Assembly: GCA_964640155.1 (NCBI GenBank)
Contig: CAZXEQ010000001.1
Coordinates: 588,978-620,977 of the forward strand
Reading direction: 5' to 3'
From: an uncultured bacterium
GTDB taxonomy: Bacteria > Auribacterota > JACPWU01
Length of the DNA: 32,000 bases
Part shown: positions 16,019-25,796 of the stretch, in pieces
Position numbering within the stretch: the first letter of the stretch is position 1
How the letters are laid out: the number at the start of each line of letters is the position of its first letter
The notes under the pieces: model-generated
Seen by the model: only the letters and a program-made list of their open reading frames with translations
Databases searched by the model: none
What the model was told of the DNA's origin: nothing
Translations under genes and position numbers: made by a program

Positions 16019-16749
16019 ACCTTCTCTCCTTCAGCCGAAACCACTTCTTCTAAAGCCACATCTTTGGTCATCCCTCTAGCTTCTATAATAGATTGTTCGA
16101 TCTTATTCATAAAAAGCCCGATGGTTCTAATTGCATCATCATTACACGCAACAGGATATTCAATCTGATCTGGATCACAATTGGTGTCAATCATGGCCAC
16201 AATTGGCACTCCTAATTTCTTGGCTTCTTGAATAGCAATCTTTTCACGATTGGGATCAATAACAAAAATAGCACCTGGCAAACGATCCATTTGACGAATG
16301 CCTTCCAAATTTTTCCTGAGTTTCACTAACTCTCTGGAAACCATTGATAACTCTTTCTTAGAAATATGGGCGGCACTTCCTTCCTCCTGAATCTTTTCTA
16401 ATTCGTTAAATCTACGAACACTCTTTCGAATGGTTTCTAAATTGGTCAGCGTTCCACCTAACCATCTCTCTGTCACCCAAAAAACACCACATTTTTGTGC
16501 GGCAGCTTTAACAAGCTCTTTAGCTTGTTTTTTAGTTCCTACCATTAATATGGATTGTCCCTTTTCAATGCAACTGGTAAGGAATTGAAAGGCTGTCTTG
16601 ATTTGACCTACTGTTTTTTGTAAATCAATGATATGGATACCGTTACGTTCTTCAAAAATAAATTTCTTCATTTTTGGATTCCAACGACTGGACTGATGTC
16701 CAAAATGTGCGCCTGCTTCTAAAAGTTCTCTTACACTGACTTGAATCAC
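16015..16749 (-). CDS. rpsB: 30S ribosomal protein S2
   Basis: 244 aa. VSVRELLEAGAHFGHQSSRWNPKM. GTG start at 16749 with AGGAGG 7 nt upstream. Confidence 0.95.
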   Translation of the reverse strand: MIQVSVRELLEAGAHFGHQSSRWNPKMKKFIFEERNGIHIIDLQKTVGQIKTAFQFLTSCIEKGQSILMVGTKKQAKELVKAAAQKCGVFWVTERWLGGTLTNLETIRKSVRRFNELEKIQEEGSAAHISKKELSMVSRELVKLRKNLEGIRQMDRLPGAIFVIDPNREKIAIQEAKKLGVPIVAMIDTNCDPDQIEYPVACNDDAIRTIGLFMNKIEQSIIEARGMTKDVALEEVVSAEGEKV

Positions 16750-16808
16750 CCAAAACCTCCTTTAAAATTTGCTTCAATATTCGAAATGGCTATATGTAAA
16801 ACTCGACT

Positions 16809-16836
16809 ACTATAGCATAGACCGTTTCAATTGCAA
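16809..16836 (-). promoter_or_regulatory. Putative sigma70-type promoter for rpsB-tsf (TTGCAA-16-TATAGT)
   Basis: On the minus strand, TTGCAA is at 16836-16831 and TATAGT at 16814-16809. This is about 60 nt upstream of the rpsB GTG, inside the only sizeable gap (218 nt) after the lpx/msbA run. Confidence 0.4.
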
Positions 16837-16967
16837 GGTTAAAAAAACCGTATTTCGTCGCTTGTAGTCTGTATTTTGCTAAAGCTAAAATAAACAAAAA
16901 AGTACTGAATAAACGCCTATCCTACCCATGAATGAAAGGGATGTTAGTATACTACAAAATAAAAAAC

Positions 16968-17702
16968 TTACACCTTACAACTTACAACTGATTTTTTTGC
17001 TCTTTCATTCACTTCATCTAATCCTTTTTGAACCTCTTCCATTTTTAATTTCAAATGTTCATCTTCAACATTTGGTTGAACATAAATGGCAGGCCCCACA
17101 ACCAAAGACCCTCGATTATAGGGAAAAGGAACTTTAAAACCATCCCAGGTGTTAAGTTCTTTCTTTCTCTCCACTTCTACAGCCACAGGTAAAATAGGCG
17201 CTCCGGTAAGTGAGGCCAAAGCAACCGCTCCTTCTTGAACTTTGCATCGAGGCCCTCGGGGCCCATCAGGAGTCATTGCTAAATCAATCCCCTGCTCTAG
17301 TCGTCTCGTCAACTGCAACACAGCCGCTGTTCCTCCACGACTTGAAGAACCTCGAATAGGAAACAAATCAAATTTTTTAATTAAATCGCTTAACAGGCCT
17401 CCATCACGACTTCGGCTAATCAAAACAGAAGCTTGTAAACGACGAACAATGGACCGATAGAAAAAGGGCATCATCATCAACTGTTGATGCCAAAACACAA
17501 AAATGATGGGCTTGCCTTTGGCACGTTCCAAGAAGAAATATTCTTCCCCTTCTAGATGCCATTTTGTAGTCGTCCCCACCCATCGAACGTAGGAAAAACC
17601 CAGTGTCAAACCCAAACGATACAAAAACCTTCCTTCTTTAAAGAGAGAATTGAACATTGTAAAGCCTCTGATAAATTCCACCCTCCTCAAGAAGTTTTTC
17701 AT
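16968..17702 (-). CDS. DUF374-family lysophospholipid acyltransferase-like protein
   Basis: It has the conserved FVFWHQQL(M) motif (the WH(G/Q)xL block typical of DUF374) and PDGPRGP. It lies next to msbA, as in many diderms. The start is uncertain. The track GTG at 17732 overlaps msbA by 95 nt, and in-frame ATGs are at 17702 and 17657. I list 17702. Confidence 0.7.
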   Translation of the reverse strand: MKNFLRRVEFIRGFTMFNSLFKEGRFLYRLGLTLGFSYVRWVGTTTKWHLEGEEYFFLERAKGKPIIFVFWHQQLMMMPFFYRSIVRRLQASVLISRSRDGGLLSDLIKKFDLFPIRGSSSRGGTAAVLQLTRRLEQGIDLAMTPDGPRGPRCKVQEGAVALASLTGAPILPVAVEVERKKELNTWDGFKVPFPYNRGSLVVGPAIYVQPNVEDEHLKLKMEEVQKGLDEVNERAKKSVVSCKV

Positions 17703-19338
17703 GGGTTCCGGTTTCCACAATTCTTCCCCCACTCACCACAAGAATTTTTGCAGCGTTGCGAACGGTCGAAAGACGATGCGCAATCACTAAAACTGTTCGC
17801 CCTTCCATCAAGCGAGTCAGAGCATCTTGCACTAAAAGCTCTGATTCTGAATCTAAAGCTGAAGTTGCTTCATCCAAAATCAGAAGTTTTGGATTCTTCA
17901 AAATAGCACGTGCGATAGCTAATCTTTGTCTTTCCCCACCCGAAACTTTAAAACCTCTTTCACCGATGAGCGTATCGTATCCTTGTGGAAGCGCCATGAC
18001 AAATTCATGCGCATTCGCTGCTTTTGCAGCTTCTACAATTTTGTGAAAATCCATGTCCTTTTGGCCGTAGGCAATATTTGACCTCACCGTATCATTGAAA
18101 AGGATCACATCCTGAGTCACCATTCCAATCCACTGTCGCAAAGAGGCTACAGAGAATTTTTTCATATCTATTCCATCAATTTCAATAACACCTTTTTGAG
18201 GGTCATAAAAACGCAAAAGCAGATTTGCTAAACTTGATTTACCTGATCCACTGTGGCCTACCAAAGCCGTCACTTCCCCTACCTTTATTTCAAAATCAAC
18301 GTTTTGGAGAACCCATTCTTTGTCATAGCAAAATGAAACATCGTTGAAGCGAATACTTTTTTCAATCCCCCTTAATTCTTTTGCATCCACTGGATCCACA
18401 ACACTGGGGACTTCATCTAGAATTTCAAAAATACGGCTTCCAGCAGCTCTTGATTGTTGAAGAACGCTATTGAGTTTTCCTATTTTTTTCATGGGTTCAT
18501 AAAGCAAATAAAGCGCTGTCATAAAAGAAAGGAAAGTATCGAGTGATAGATGTTTAGCTCCATACCAAAAACAAAAAGCAGTCGCGCAAGAACCCAAAAT
18601 TTCAATCACAGGCCGCGTCGCTTCTGCAGAACGAACCGCATCCATCATCATCTTAAAAAATTTATTATTTTCAGAATTAAATCGTTCAATCTCATAATTT
18701 TCCATGGAAAAAGCCTTCACCACACGAATACCCGTAATAGTCTCATGAAGAATCGTGGTTAAATCTCCGACTCTGGACTGCGCCTCTCGAGAAGCTTTTC
18801 GCACGCGTTTCCCAAATTTTACAATCGGGAAAACGGCAATCGGGAAGATAACAAAAGACATAAGGGCCAGAACATGATCAAAACAAAAAAGGGTTATGAC
18901 CAAACCCATTAAAGAAAGCGGTTCTTTTACAAGATCTGTAATCGCATTTGAAATAGAGGATTGAATGAGAGCGGTATCATGTGTCACTCGGGAAATAAGT
19001 TGTCCTGTTTTTCGATGAGAGAAAAAGTCCAGCGAAAGGCGATGCAAATGCACATAAATCGCGCTTCTAACATCCGTCACAACCCGCAAGCCCACCCAGT
19101 TCATATAATAAGCCTGACCAAAATCAGCAAGCCCTCTTAAAAGAAACACAGCAAAAATCATAGCCGGAGCAGAAAAGTAAATAACACTATCTTTAGACAC
19201 AAACGCGATTCTCAAAACATGTTTTAAGGCCCAGACAATGCCTGTATTGAAAACAGCAAAAAGAACCATACATATAAAAGCCAGCACAAGACGCGTCCAA
19301 TAAGGACGTACATATTGAAGCAAACGTCGATAAATCAC
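17638..19338 (-). CDS. msbA: Lipid A export ABC transporter (permease/ATPase fusion)
   Basis: 566 aa. Six-TM exporter domain, Walker A GHSGSGKSS, signature VSGGERQRLAIARA, Walker B LLILDEATSALD, H-loop VIAHRLST. GTGA overlap with the lpxB stop. Confidence 0.85.
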   Translation of the reverse strand: MIYRRLLQYVRPYWTRLVLAFICMVLFAVFNTGIVWALKHVLRIAFVSKDSVIYFSAPAMIFAVFLLRGLADFGQAYYMNWVGLRVVTDVRSAIYVHLHRLSLDFFSHRKTGQLISRVTHDTALIQSSISNAITDLVKEPLSLMGLVITLFCFDHVLALMSFVIFPIAVFPIVKFGKRVRKASREAQSRVGDLTTILHETITGIRVVKAFSMENYEIERFNSENNKFFKMMMDAVRSAEATRPVIEILGSCATAFCFWYGAKHLSLDTFLSFMTALYLLYEPMKKIGKLNSVLQQSRAAGSRIFEILDEVPSVVDPVDAKELRGIEKSIRFNDVSFCYDKEWVLQNVDFEIKVGEVTALVGHSGSGKSSLANLLLRFYDPQKGVIEIDGIDMKKFSVASLRQWIGMVTQDVILFNDTVRSNIAYGQKDMDFHKIVEAAKAANAHEFVMALPQGYDTLIGERGFKVSGGERQRLAIARAILKNPKLLILDEATSALDSESELLVQDALTRLMEGRTVLVIAHRLSTVRNAAKILVVSGGRIVETGTHEKLLEEGGIYQRLYNVQFSL

Positions 19339-20465
19339 TTTATTTCCTCCAAAACGATTTCAGCGGCTCTAAGACTAGCCCCTGGCATTCCTAATTTTTT
19401 TCTAACTTCTGTCAAATCTTCACTCATTTTTTTTAGGCTAGAAGGATTTGAAAAAAATTGTTCAGTTAATTGAACCAAATTCTTACTATTAAAGTCTTCT
19501 TGTAAAAGCTCCGGGACAATTTTTCTTCCAACCACCAGATTGACCAAACCGACAAACGGAACTTTTATAAGTAGTCGAATCAAAAAAGCTGTCCAGGACG
19601 CAACCCGATAAAAAATAATCATCGGAGTTCCCCAAAAACCTGTTTCTAAAGTTGCAGTCCCAGAACAAACCCATGCCAATTGTGCAAGGAAAAGACATTC
19701 TCTCATTTTCCCCTGGTAAAGCCGAATAAAATCCATTCCTTGTGTTTTTCCCTTCATGTATTCATAAGCAAAGGGGGTTGCGCAGGGGATAACAAAACCC
19801 ATGTTAGGCCATTTTATTTTTAATGCCCGTGCTGTATTTAAAAGAATTTTTTCATGATGTTCAATTTCTCGAACGCGGCTCCCGGGTAAAATCGCGATGA
19901 GAGGATTCATCCCCTTGGTATCTTCTTGAATGCCCCCCACATCAAAATCTTCAGAATCTCTATCTACCAGAGGATGCCCTACAAAATCAACTTTAACTCC
20001 TTGCCTACGATAAAAGTCTTCTTCAAAAGGGAGAATCACGATCATGCGGTGAATGGTTCGACGCATCATCTTAATTCTTCTTTTACCCCAAGCCCAGATT
20101 TGAGGACTCACATAATAAATCACTTTTATTTTGTAGCGATGCAACACTTTTGCCAGTCTTAAATTGAAACCTGGGAAATCAATCAGGATAACGATTTTAG
20201 GTGCTTGTGTCTTAATCTGTTCACAAATTGAATGAAATATTTTTCGAAACTCAAAATAATGTTTAGCCACTTCAAAAAGTCCTACCACCGCCATTTGAGT
20301 CATATCTTGAGAAATTTTAACTCCCGCTTTTTTCATGGCTGGACCTCCCAACCCCATCAATTCTAAAGAAGCATTTTTCTCAAGCAACGCTCTCGCCAAA
20401 TCAGCACCAATACGATCTCCTGAAGGTTCCCCAGCAATAATAAATATTTTTGCGTTTGAATCCAC
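19335..20465 (-). CDS. lpxB: Lipid-A-disaccharide synthase
   Basis: 376 aa. N-terminal KIFIIAGEPSGD motif, ...LPGSR..E..... block, GTATLE. GTG start with AGGAG 5 nt upstream. Confidence 0.9.
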   Translation of the reverse strand: MDSNAKIFIIAGEPSGDRIGADLARALLEKNASLELMGLGGPAMKKAGVKISQDMTQMAVVGLFEVAKHYFEFRKIFHSICEQIKTQAPKIVILIDFPGFNLRLAKVLHRYKIKVIYYVSPQIWAWGKRRIKMMRRTIHRMIVILPFEEDFYRRQGVKVDFVGHPLVDRDSEDFDVGGIQEDTKGMNPLIAILPGSRVREIEHHEKILLNTARALKIKWPNMGFVIPCATPFAYEYMKGKTQGMDFIRLYQGKMRECLFLAQLAWVCSGTATLETGFWGTPMIIFYRVASWTAFLIRLLIKVPFVGLVNLVVGRKIVPELLQEDFNSKNLVQLTEQFFSNPSSLKKMSEDLTEVRKKLGMPGASLRAAEIVLEEIK

Positions 20466-20495
20466 TTTTACTCCTAATCTAAAACATATTCCATT

Positions 20496-21416
20496 TCAAG
20501 CTTTCTTTATTACTTTAAGTACTTCCATTGCTACTTCTAATGCTTGTTTTCCTTGCTCACCAGAAACAATAGGGTTTTGAGTTTGCTTCACGCACTCTAC
20601 AAAAGAATCGATTTCAATTTTTAAAGGTTCCCCTTTTTCTAATGGAATATGGGACCAAATAATTTTCCCATTTTCCTTATGATAAATTTTTCCGGATTGT
20701 TCAAGGTAATCTAGAGAAATATAAGAATCTGATTGAAAGACACGGATTTTTCGCATGCGTTCTAAAGAAATGCGACTCGTCGTCAAATTTGCAATACAAC
20801 CATTTTCGAATTCTAATCGTGCATTAGCGATATCTTCGTAAGGGCTTAAAACGGGTACTCCTACAGCCCTGATTTCTTTTACAAAAGACCGGGTCAGATG
20901 CAATACAACATCAATATCATGAATCATCAGATCTAATACCACACCGACATCTGTTCCTCGTTCAGGGAAAGGACTCAAACGATGGCATTCAATAAAACGA
21001 GGAGAAACAAGCATTGTCTGAAGGGCTTTAAAGGCTGGATTATATCGTTCTACATGTCCCACTTGAAGCAAAAGACCTGCATCTTTGGCCATTTGAACAA
21101 GCGAAGAAGCCTGTTCCAATGTTTGAGCAATAGGTTTTTCAACCAGAATATGCGCTTTTTTTTCTAAAAGATTTTTTGCAACATTAAAATGTTCTATCGT
21201 GGGAACAGCAATACTGGCTAAATGAATAGGCCCGGGCACTTCTGCTAAAGAACCATAAGCCTTCGTATGATATTTATTTGCAAACTTTTGAGCTCGAGTT
21301 AAATCAACATCGACAAGACCTACTAAATCAATGCCTTCATGTTCGGCATAAATCCTAGCGTGTTCTTTGCCCAAATGACCAATCCCTACAACCACTGCTT
21401 TTAACCGTTCCATCAT
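20496..21416 (-). CDS. Gfo/Idh/MocA-family NAD-dependent oxidoreductase, a candidate UDP-GlcNAc 3-dehydrogenase (GnnA-like)
   Basis: 306 aa. N-terminal Rossmann motif KAVVVGIGHLGKEH and the EKP motif (ILVEKPIA). It is embedded between lpxI and lpxB with gaps of 3 and 30 nt. Confidence 0.6.
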   Translation of the reverse strand: MMERLKAVVVGIGHLGKEHARIYAEHEGIDLVGLVDVDLTRAQKFANKYHTKAYGSLAEVPGPIHLASIAVPTIEHFNVAKNLLEKKAHILVEKPIAQTLEQASSLVQMAKDAGLLLQVGHVERYNPAFKALQTMLVSPRFIECHRLSPFPERGTDVGVVLDLMIHDIDVVLHLTRSFVKEIRAVGVPVLSPYEDIANARLEFENGCIANLTTSRISLERMRKIRVFQSDSYISLDYLEQSGKIYHKENGKIIWSHIPLEKGEPLKIEIDSFVECVKQTQNPIVSGEQGKQALEVAMEVLKVIKKA

Positions 21417-21419
21417 TCT

Positions 21420-22247
21420 CTAACCTTTATGCTTAATCATTTCTGAAGTCAACCCCACCATAGCAAGTCCCATCTTTCTTACCTTCTTAAAAAAATCTTG
21501 TTGGTCTAAAATTAATGTTTTTCCTGCCTCTAAACCCAAAACAGAAATTTTTGCTTTCTCAAGAGCATGAAGTGTTTCCAGCCCAACAACCGGAACATCA
21601 TAACGCATATCCTGAGAAGACCGTGCAACCTTCACAACAACAGCCCCTTTACCGGAGAGATTTCCCCCTCTCAATATAGTTTCGTCCGTTCCCTCCATGC
21701 CTTCTAATGCAACGAGAACCCCCTTTTTTACAATCACCGTTTGTCCCGCTTCTAAATCAGCCAATGTCTTTGCCACTTTCCAACCATATTTTAAATCTTC
21801 CCATTCTTGATCGGAAGGTTCGCAAGAAGTCAATACCCCTACCTGAATCAACTGATCTCTCAAAAATTGTGTGGAATCTAAAAATTCAAAACCCTCTTTT
21901 TCTAATTCTTCAATAAGTCCGCCGAGTAAAGTCTTGGCATTTTTCTCACGAACTTTTTTAAAAAATCGAACTCCCTCAAGATCAAATTTTAAGGCCCCCA
22001 AAGTCAAACGATGAGGAACTTGTCCCACCATCACTAAATTTTTAATTTCTTTTTCTTTAAAGAATTTTTTAAGTTTTCCTAATTGCCCAAGTCCTAACCA
22101 AATCATCTCATCCACACATGATTCTAGCTTAGGAGAAGTAATCCCTTTAAACCCTACCGCAATCACTTGAATGCCCGATGATCGAACAGACTGTGCAACC
22201 TGGAGGGGGAAATTTCGATTTCCAGCAATAATTCCTAATGATTTCAT
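21420..22247 (-). CDS. lpxI: UDP-2,3-diacylglucosamine pyrophosphatase LpxI (DUF1009)
   Basis: The track start (22286) is a TTG. I prefer the ATG at 22247, giving MKSLGIIAGNRNFPLQVA, the usual LpxI N-terminus (LGIIAG.G.LP). No lpxH is present in the cluster. Confidence 0.8.
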   Translation of the reverse strand: MKSLGIIAGNRNFPLQVAQSVRSSGIQVIAVGFKGITSPKLESCVDEMIWLGLGQLGKLKKFFKEKEIKNLVMVGQVPHRLTLGALKFDLEGVRFFKKVREKNAKTLLGGLIEELEKEGFEFLDSTQFLRDQLIQVGVLTSCEPSDQEWEDLKYGWKVAKTLADLEAGQTVIVKKGVLVALEGMEGTDETILRGGNLSGKGAVVVKVARSSQDMRYDVPVVGLETLHALEKAKISVLGLEAGKTLILDQQDFFKKVRKMGLAMVGLTSEMIKHKG

Positions 22248-22353
22248 TCTTAATAGATTCTCTACCAAATAGTTATGATTTAACAAAGTCCGGAAAGAAC
22301 ATATATTTTCTCATAACACACTAGGTTTGACAATGCGGGATTTTGTTCTCAAG

Positions 22354-22493
22354 TTTAGACTTCTTTTTAAGGACTGTTGACGAGGCTTGCGACCAGGGTC
22401 TCCCGATGGAACATCGGGGGTGAGCAAGCCAAGTCATCAAGTGAAGGTTTTCTCGGGGGGAAAACCAAACGTGTCCGATAAAAGAAGTCTAAA
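22354..22493. repeat. GC-rich, Y-shaped structured element (140 nt) inside the lpxA-lpxI intergenic region
   Basis: A 14-bp perfect closing stem: tttagacttctttt (22354-22367) with aaaagaagtctaaa (22480-22493), extended by ggac/gtcc. Arm A: ttgacga+ggcttgc (22377-22390) with gcaagcc+tcatcaa (22424-22440), enclosing cccgatg-gaa-catcggg (22402-22418). Arm B: ggttttc (22446-22452) with gaaaacc (22460-22466). Confidence 0.7.
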
Positions 22494-22506
22494 ATCTTAA
22501 TACAAA

Positions 22507-23277
22507 CTAACGAGAAATACCGCGTTCAGAAGACTTCACAAACTGAATCAAATGATTCATCTCTGGAGAAGAAGGAATTTCTTTTTGGATTTTTTCAACT
22601 GCTTTAGGAATGGTTAGTCCTGATCGGAAAAGAATTTTGAAAGCTTTTTTAATTTCTTTTTGAAGTTCCGTGCTCATCCCACTTCGAGTGAGCCCGACTG
22701 TATTAATAGTATGAACCTTGCATGGATTGCCATCAGCCATTGCAAAGGGAGGAACATCCTGAACAATTTTTGAACATCCGCCGATAATCGCAAGCTTCCC
22801 TATTTTACAAAACTGGTGAATTGCAGCCAATCCGCCTAAAACAGCTCCATCCTCAATTTCAACATGCCCTGCTAAAGTTCCTACATTCGCAATCACCACA
22901 CCATTACCCACGCGACAATTATGTGCCACATGCGCATAGGCCATAATCCAGCAATCATCCCCCACAATTGTCTCAGACCCTTCTCCTGTTCCACGATTGA
23001 TAGTGACAAATTCTCGAATGACTGTTCTTACGCCAATTTTGGCAAAAACCTTTTCACCTTTGAATTTTTTATCTTGAGAATCACTTCCGACAGAAGCCCA
23101 AGAATAAACATGCGCTCCAGCACCAATAAAAGTATCCTGACCAATCACCACATGGGATTCAATACGCGCAGCTTTACCAATTTTTGAACCTGCCCCTACA
23201 ATAGAAAAGGGTCCAATTTCAACATCGGTATCAATTTCAGCGGTAGGATGAATAATCGCTCGTGAATCAATCGCCAT
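22507..23277 (-). CDS. lpxA: Acyl-ACP:UDP-GlcNAc O-acyltransferase
   Basis: 256 aa. IHPTAEID..VEIGPFSIVG hexapeptide repeats and the helical C-terminal domain typical of LpxA. Confidence 0.9.
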   Translation of the reverse strand: MAIDSRAIIHPTAEIDTDVEIGPFSIVGAGSKIGKAARIESHVVIGQDTFIGAGAHVYSWASVGSDSQDKKFKGEKVFAKIGVRTVIREFVTINRGTGEGSETIVGDDCWIMAYAHVAHNCRVGNGVVIANVGTLAGHVEIEDGAVLGGLAAIHQFCKIGKLAIIGGCSKIVQDVPPFAMADGNPCKVHTINTVGLTRSGMSTELQKEIKKAFKILFRSGLTIPKAVEKIQKEIPSSPEMNHLIQFVKSSERGISR

Positions 23278-23282
23278 AAAAC

Positions 23283-23729
23283 TTACTCTCGATCTACAAG
23301 CGCAAACATGAGGTCGGCTTCAGCTGCGAGTTGATCACCCACAAAAGCTTTGCCTTGAACTTGTCCTGTACGACTACGCGAACGTGTCAACTGAACTTCA
23401 AAGCGTAATTGATCGCCCGGCACAACCACACGACGAAATCTCGCGTTGTCAATAGCGGTAAAATAAGCAAGCTTGCCTTTTTGCTCAGCCTTACTCAAAA
23501 GAAGAACCCCTGCGACTTGAGCCATAGCTTCTAGAATAAGAACTCCTGGCATCACAGGATGTCCTGGGAAATGACCTGCAAAAAAACCTTCATTCATCGT
23601 GACGTTCTTGATCCCAACGGCTTTGCCAGTTTGATCATCCATTTCAATCATACGGTCTACCAAGAGAAAAGGATAACGATGTGGTAAAATTTTCTGTATT
23701 TCAACAACATTCATAAGTATCTCTGCCAT
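23283..23729 (-). CDS. fabZ: 3-hydroxyacyl-ACP dehydratase
   Basis: 148 aa. LPHRYPFLLVDR and GHFPGHPVMPGVLILEAMAQ hot-dog signature. Confidence 0.95.
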   Translation of the reverse strand: MAEILMNVVEIQKILPHRYPFLLVDRMIEMDDQTGKAVGIKNVTMNEGFFAGHFPGHPVMPGVLILEAMAQVAGVLLLSKAEQKGKLAYFTAIDNARFRRVVVPGDQLRFEVQLTRSRSRTGQVQGKAFVGDQLAAEADLMFALVDRE

Positions 23730-23740
23730 GTTAAAACCCC

Positions 23741-24610
23741 TTATGATTTTGCAAGTTCATAAGTATACGTTTCTAATCGAACCGCTTCCAAAACTCGCTT
23801 GGTCAATTGATAATTCATCGCATGTCCCGACTTAATCGCCAGAATATGTGCTTTAAGAGGATGCCCCAAAAGATAGAGATCTCCCATCAAATCTAAAATC
23901 TTATGACGGACACATTCATCTGAGAATCTCAACTTCTCTTTACTGAAAATTGCATCTTTACCTACAACCACCGCATTATCTAAACTTCCACCTTTGATCA
24001 AACCTTGATCCATCAAATATTCTACTTCATGATAAAAGCAAAAGGTTCGACAAGGTGAAATTTGAGAAATGAAACTTTTTTCATCAATATCCAAAGTATA
24101 AAACTGATCTTTGAGCATAGTCTCTTTATAGGAAAGGCTGAAAGAAACTTTAAAACCATCATAAGGAATAGCCACCAATGTCACATCTTTTTCTTCATAA
24201 TAAACAGGCTTGAGTAAACGATAATATTGTTTGGGAGCTGGCAAATCTTCAATCCCAGCCCCTTGAATCATCTCTACAAAAGGCAAAGAGCTTCCATCAC
24301 CTACAGGAGGTTCGTTGGCATCCATTTCAATAATCAAATTTTCAATTCCTAAACCCATTAAAGCAGCAAGAACATGCTCAACGGTATAAACTTTTACGCC
24401 TTGTGACTCAATGGTCGTTCCTCGTGTTAATCCTACCACATGCTTTAAAGAAGCCTTTACAGAGGGATGATTAGGCAAATCTGTTCTTACAAACTCAATT
24501 CCATAATCAACAGGAGCTGGCAGAAAAGTAATTTTTGCCTTATTTCCTGTATGAAGAGCGATACCTGCATAACTCGCTCTTTTTTTAATTGTTCTTTGAC
24601 AATATGACAT
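23741..24610 (-). CDS. lpxC: UDP-3-O-acyl-GlcNAc deacetylase
   Basis: 289 aa. QRTIKK...GIALHTGNKAKITFLPAP.DYGIEF.RTDL, TVEHVLAAL.GLGI.N, HKILDLMGDLYLLG. Confidence 0.9.
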   Translation of the reverse strand: MSYCQRTIKKRASYAGIALHTGNKAKITFLPAPVDYGIEFVRTDLPNHPSVKASLKHVVGLTRGTTIESQGVKVYTVEHVLAALMGLGIENLIIEMDANEPPVGDGSSLPFVEMIQGAGIEDLPAPKQYYRLLKPVYYEEKDVTLVAIPYDGFKVSFSLSYKETMLKDQFYTLDIDEKSFISQISPCRTFCFYHEVEYLMDQGLIKGGSLDNAVVVGKDAIFSKEKLRFSDECVRHKILDLMGDLYLLGHPLKAHILAIKSGHAMNYQLTKRVLEAVRLETYTYELAKS

Positions 24611-24637
24611 CGCACACCTTCATTTATGATTTTGATT

Positions 24638-25669
24638 CTACTTAACTTTCAGTAGTTCTTGAATTTTTTTCTCAAGTTCTTTAATTTTATTTGTCCATTT
24701 TTCTAGACGATGAATATAAGCTAAACTTCTTTTCCATTCTTGTAAAGGAACAGCTGGATAGCCTCCATAAATAGCTCCCCCAGGGATACTATTGGAAACT
24801 CCCGCCTGAGCTGCAACAATGGCATGGTCCCCAACTTCAATATGCCCCACCAGCCCTACTTGTCCTGCCAAAGTGACATGATGTCCGACTTTAGTAGTCC
24901 CAGAAATTCCGACCTGAGCCACCACAAGACAATGTTCACCAATTTCAACATTATGCGCAATTTGAACTAAATTATCAATCTTAGTTCCTTTACCAATCAC
25001 TGTTTTTCCAAAACGTGCTCGATCAATCGAAACATTGGATCCAATTTCAACATCATCCTCAATCACAACGATTCCAACTTGAGGAATTTTATAATGAATC
25101 CCTTTAACCGTTTCATAACCAAAACCATCACTTCCAATCACCGTTCCACTATGAATAATGACTCTGGTCCCAATCGAAACTTTTTCACGAAGTGTAACAT
25201 TGGGATAAATAAGAGCATCGCTACCAATTTTTACCCCATGTCCTATAAAGGAACCCGCTCCAATACTAACTTTATCCCCAAGCTGGGCCTCATCCTCAAT
25301 CACCACGTAAGGACCTAAGTTCACTTCTTTTCCTAAAACAACATCTTTTCCTATCACCGCTGTAGGATGAATCCCTTTAGGAAAACCACTTTTTGCTGGG
25401 AAGAAATACTCTACCACTTTTGCAAAAGCCAAAGATGGACTCTCACACAAAATCACAGCCTTCTCAGAAGGAGCAGGAATAGAAGAAGCAACAAGAACAG
25501 CACTTGCTTTGGTTTCTTTAAGAAAAGAAATATACTTTGGGTTTGCCAAAAAAGTAATATGCCCTTCTTGGGCTTCCTTAATCCCTGCAACACCATGAAT
25601 CATCAATTGACCATCGCCAACGAGAGATCCACCTACAATCTGTGCAATTTTTTGTAAAGAAAGTTCCAT
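24638..25669 (-). CDS. lpxD: UDP-3-O-acylglucosamine N-acyltransferase
   Basis: 343 aa. N-terminal domain with ITFLANPKY, a long hexapeptide-repeat LbH region and a C-terminal helix. Confidence 0.9.
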   Translation of the reverse strand: MELSLQKIAQIVGGSLVGDGQLMIHGVAGIKEAQEGHITFLANPKYISFLKETKASAVLVASSIPAPSEKAVILCESPSLAFAKVVEYFFPAKSGFPKGIHPTAVIGKDVVLGKEVNLGPYVVIEDEAQLGDKVSIGAGSFIGHGVKIGSDALIYPNVTLREKVSIGTRVIIHSGTVIGSDGFGYETVKGIHYKIPQVGIVVIEDDVEIGSNVSIDRARFGKTVIGKGTKIDNLVQIAHNVEIGEHCLVVAQVGISGTTKVGHHVTLAGQVGLVGHIEVGDHAIVAAQAGVSNSIPGGAIYGGYPAVPLQEWKRSLAYIHRLEKWTNKIKELEKKIQELLKVK

Positions 25670-25796
25670 ATCTATCTCATAACTAAAAGCTTATAGTGTA
25701 AAGCGCGAAGTGCAGAGTAAAAAACTTAAAACCAAGGCACTGTTATTAATAAAGTACCTTAGTTTTGCGTTTCGACTTTTACGTTTTAAGTTCTAT

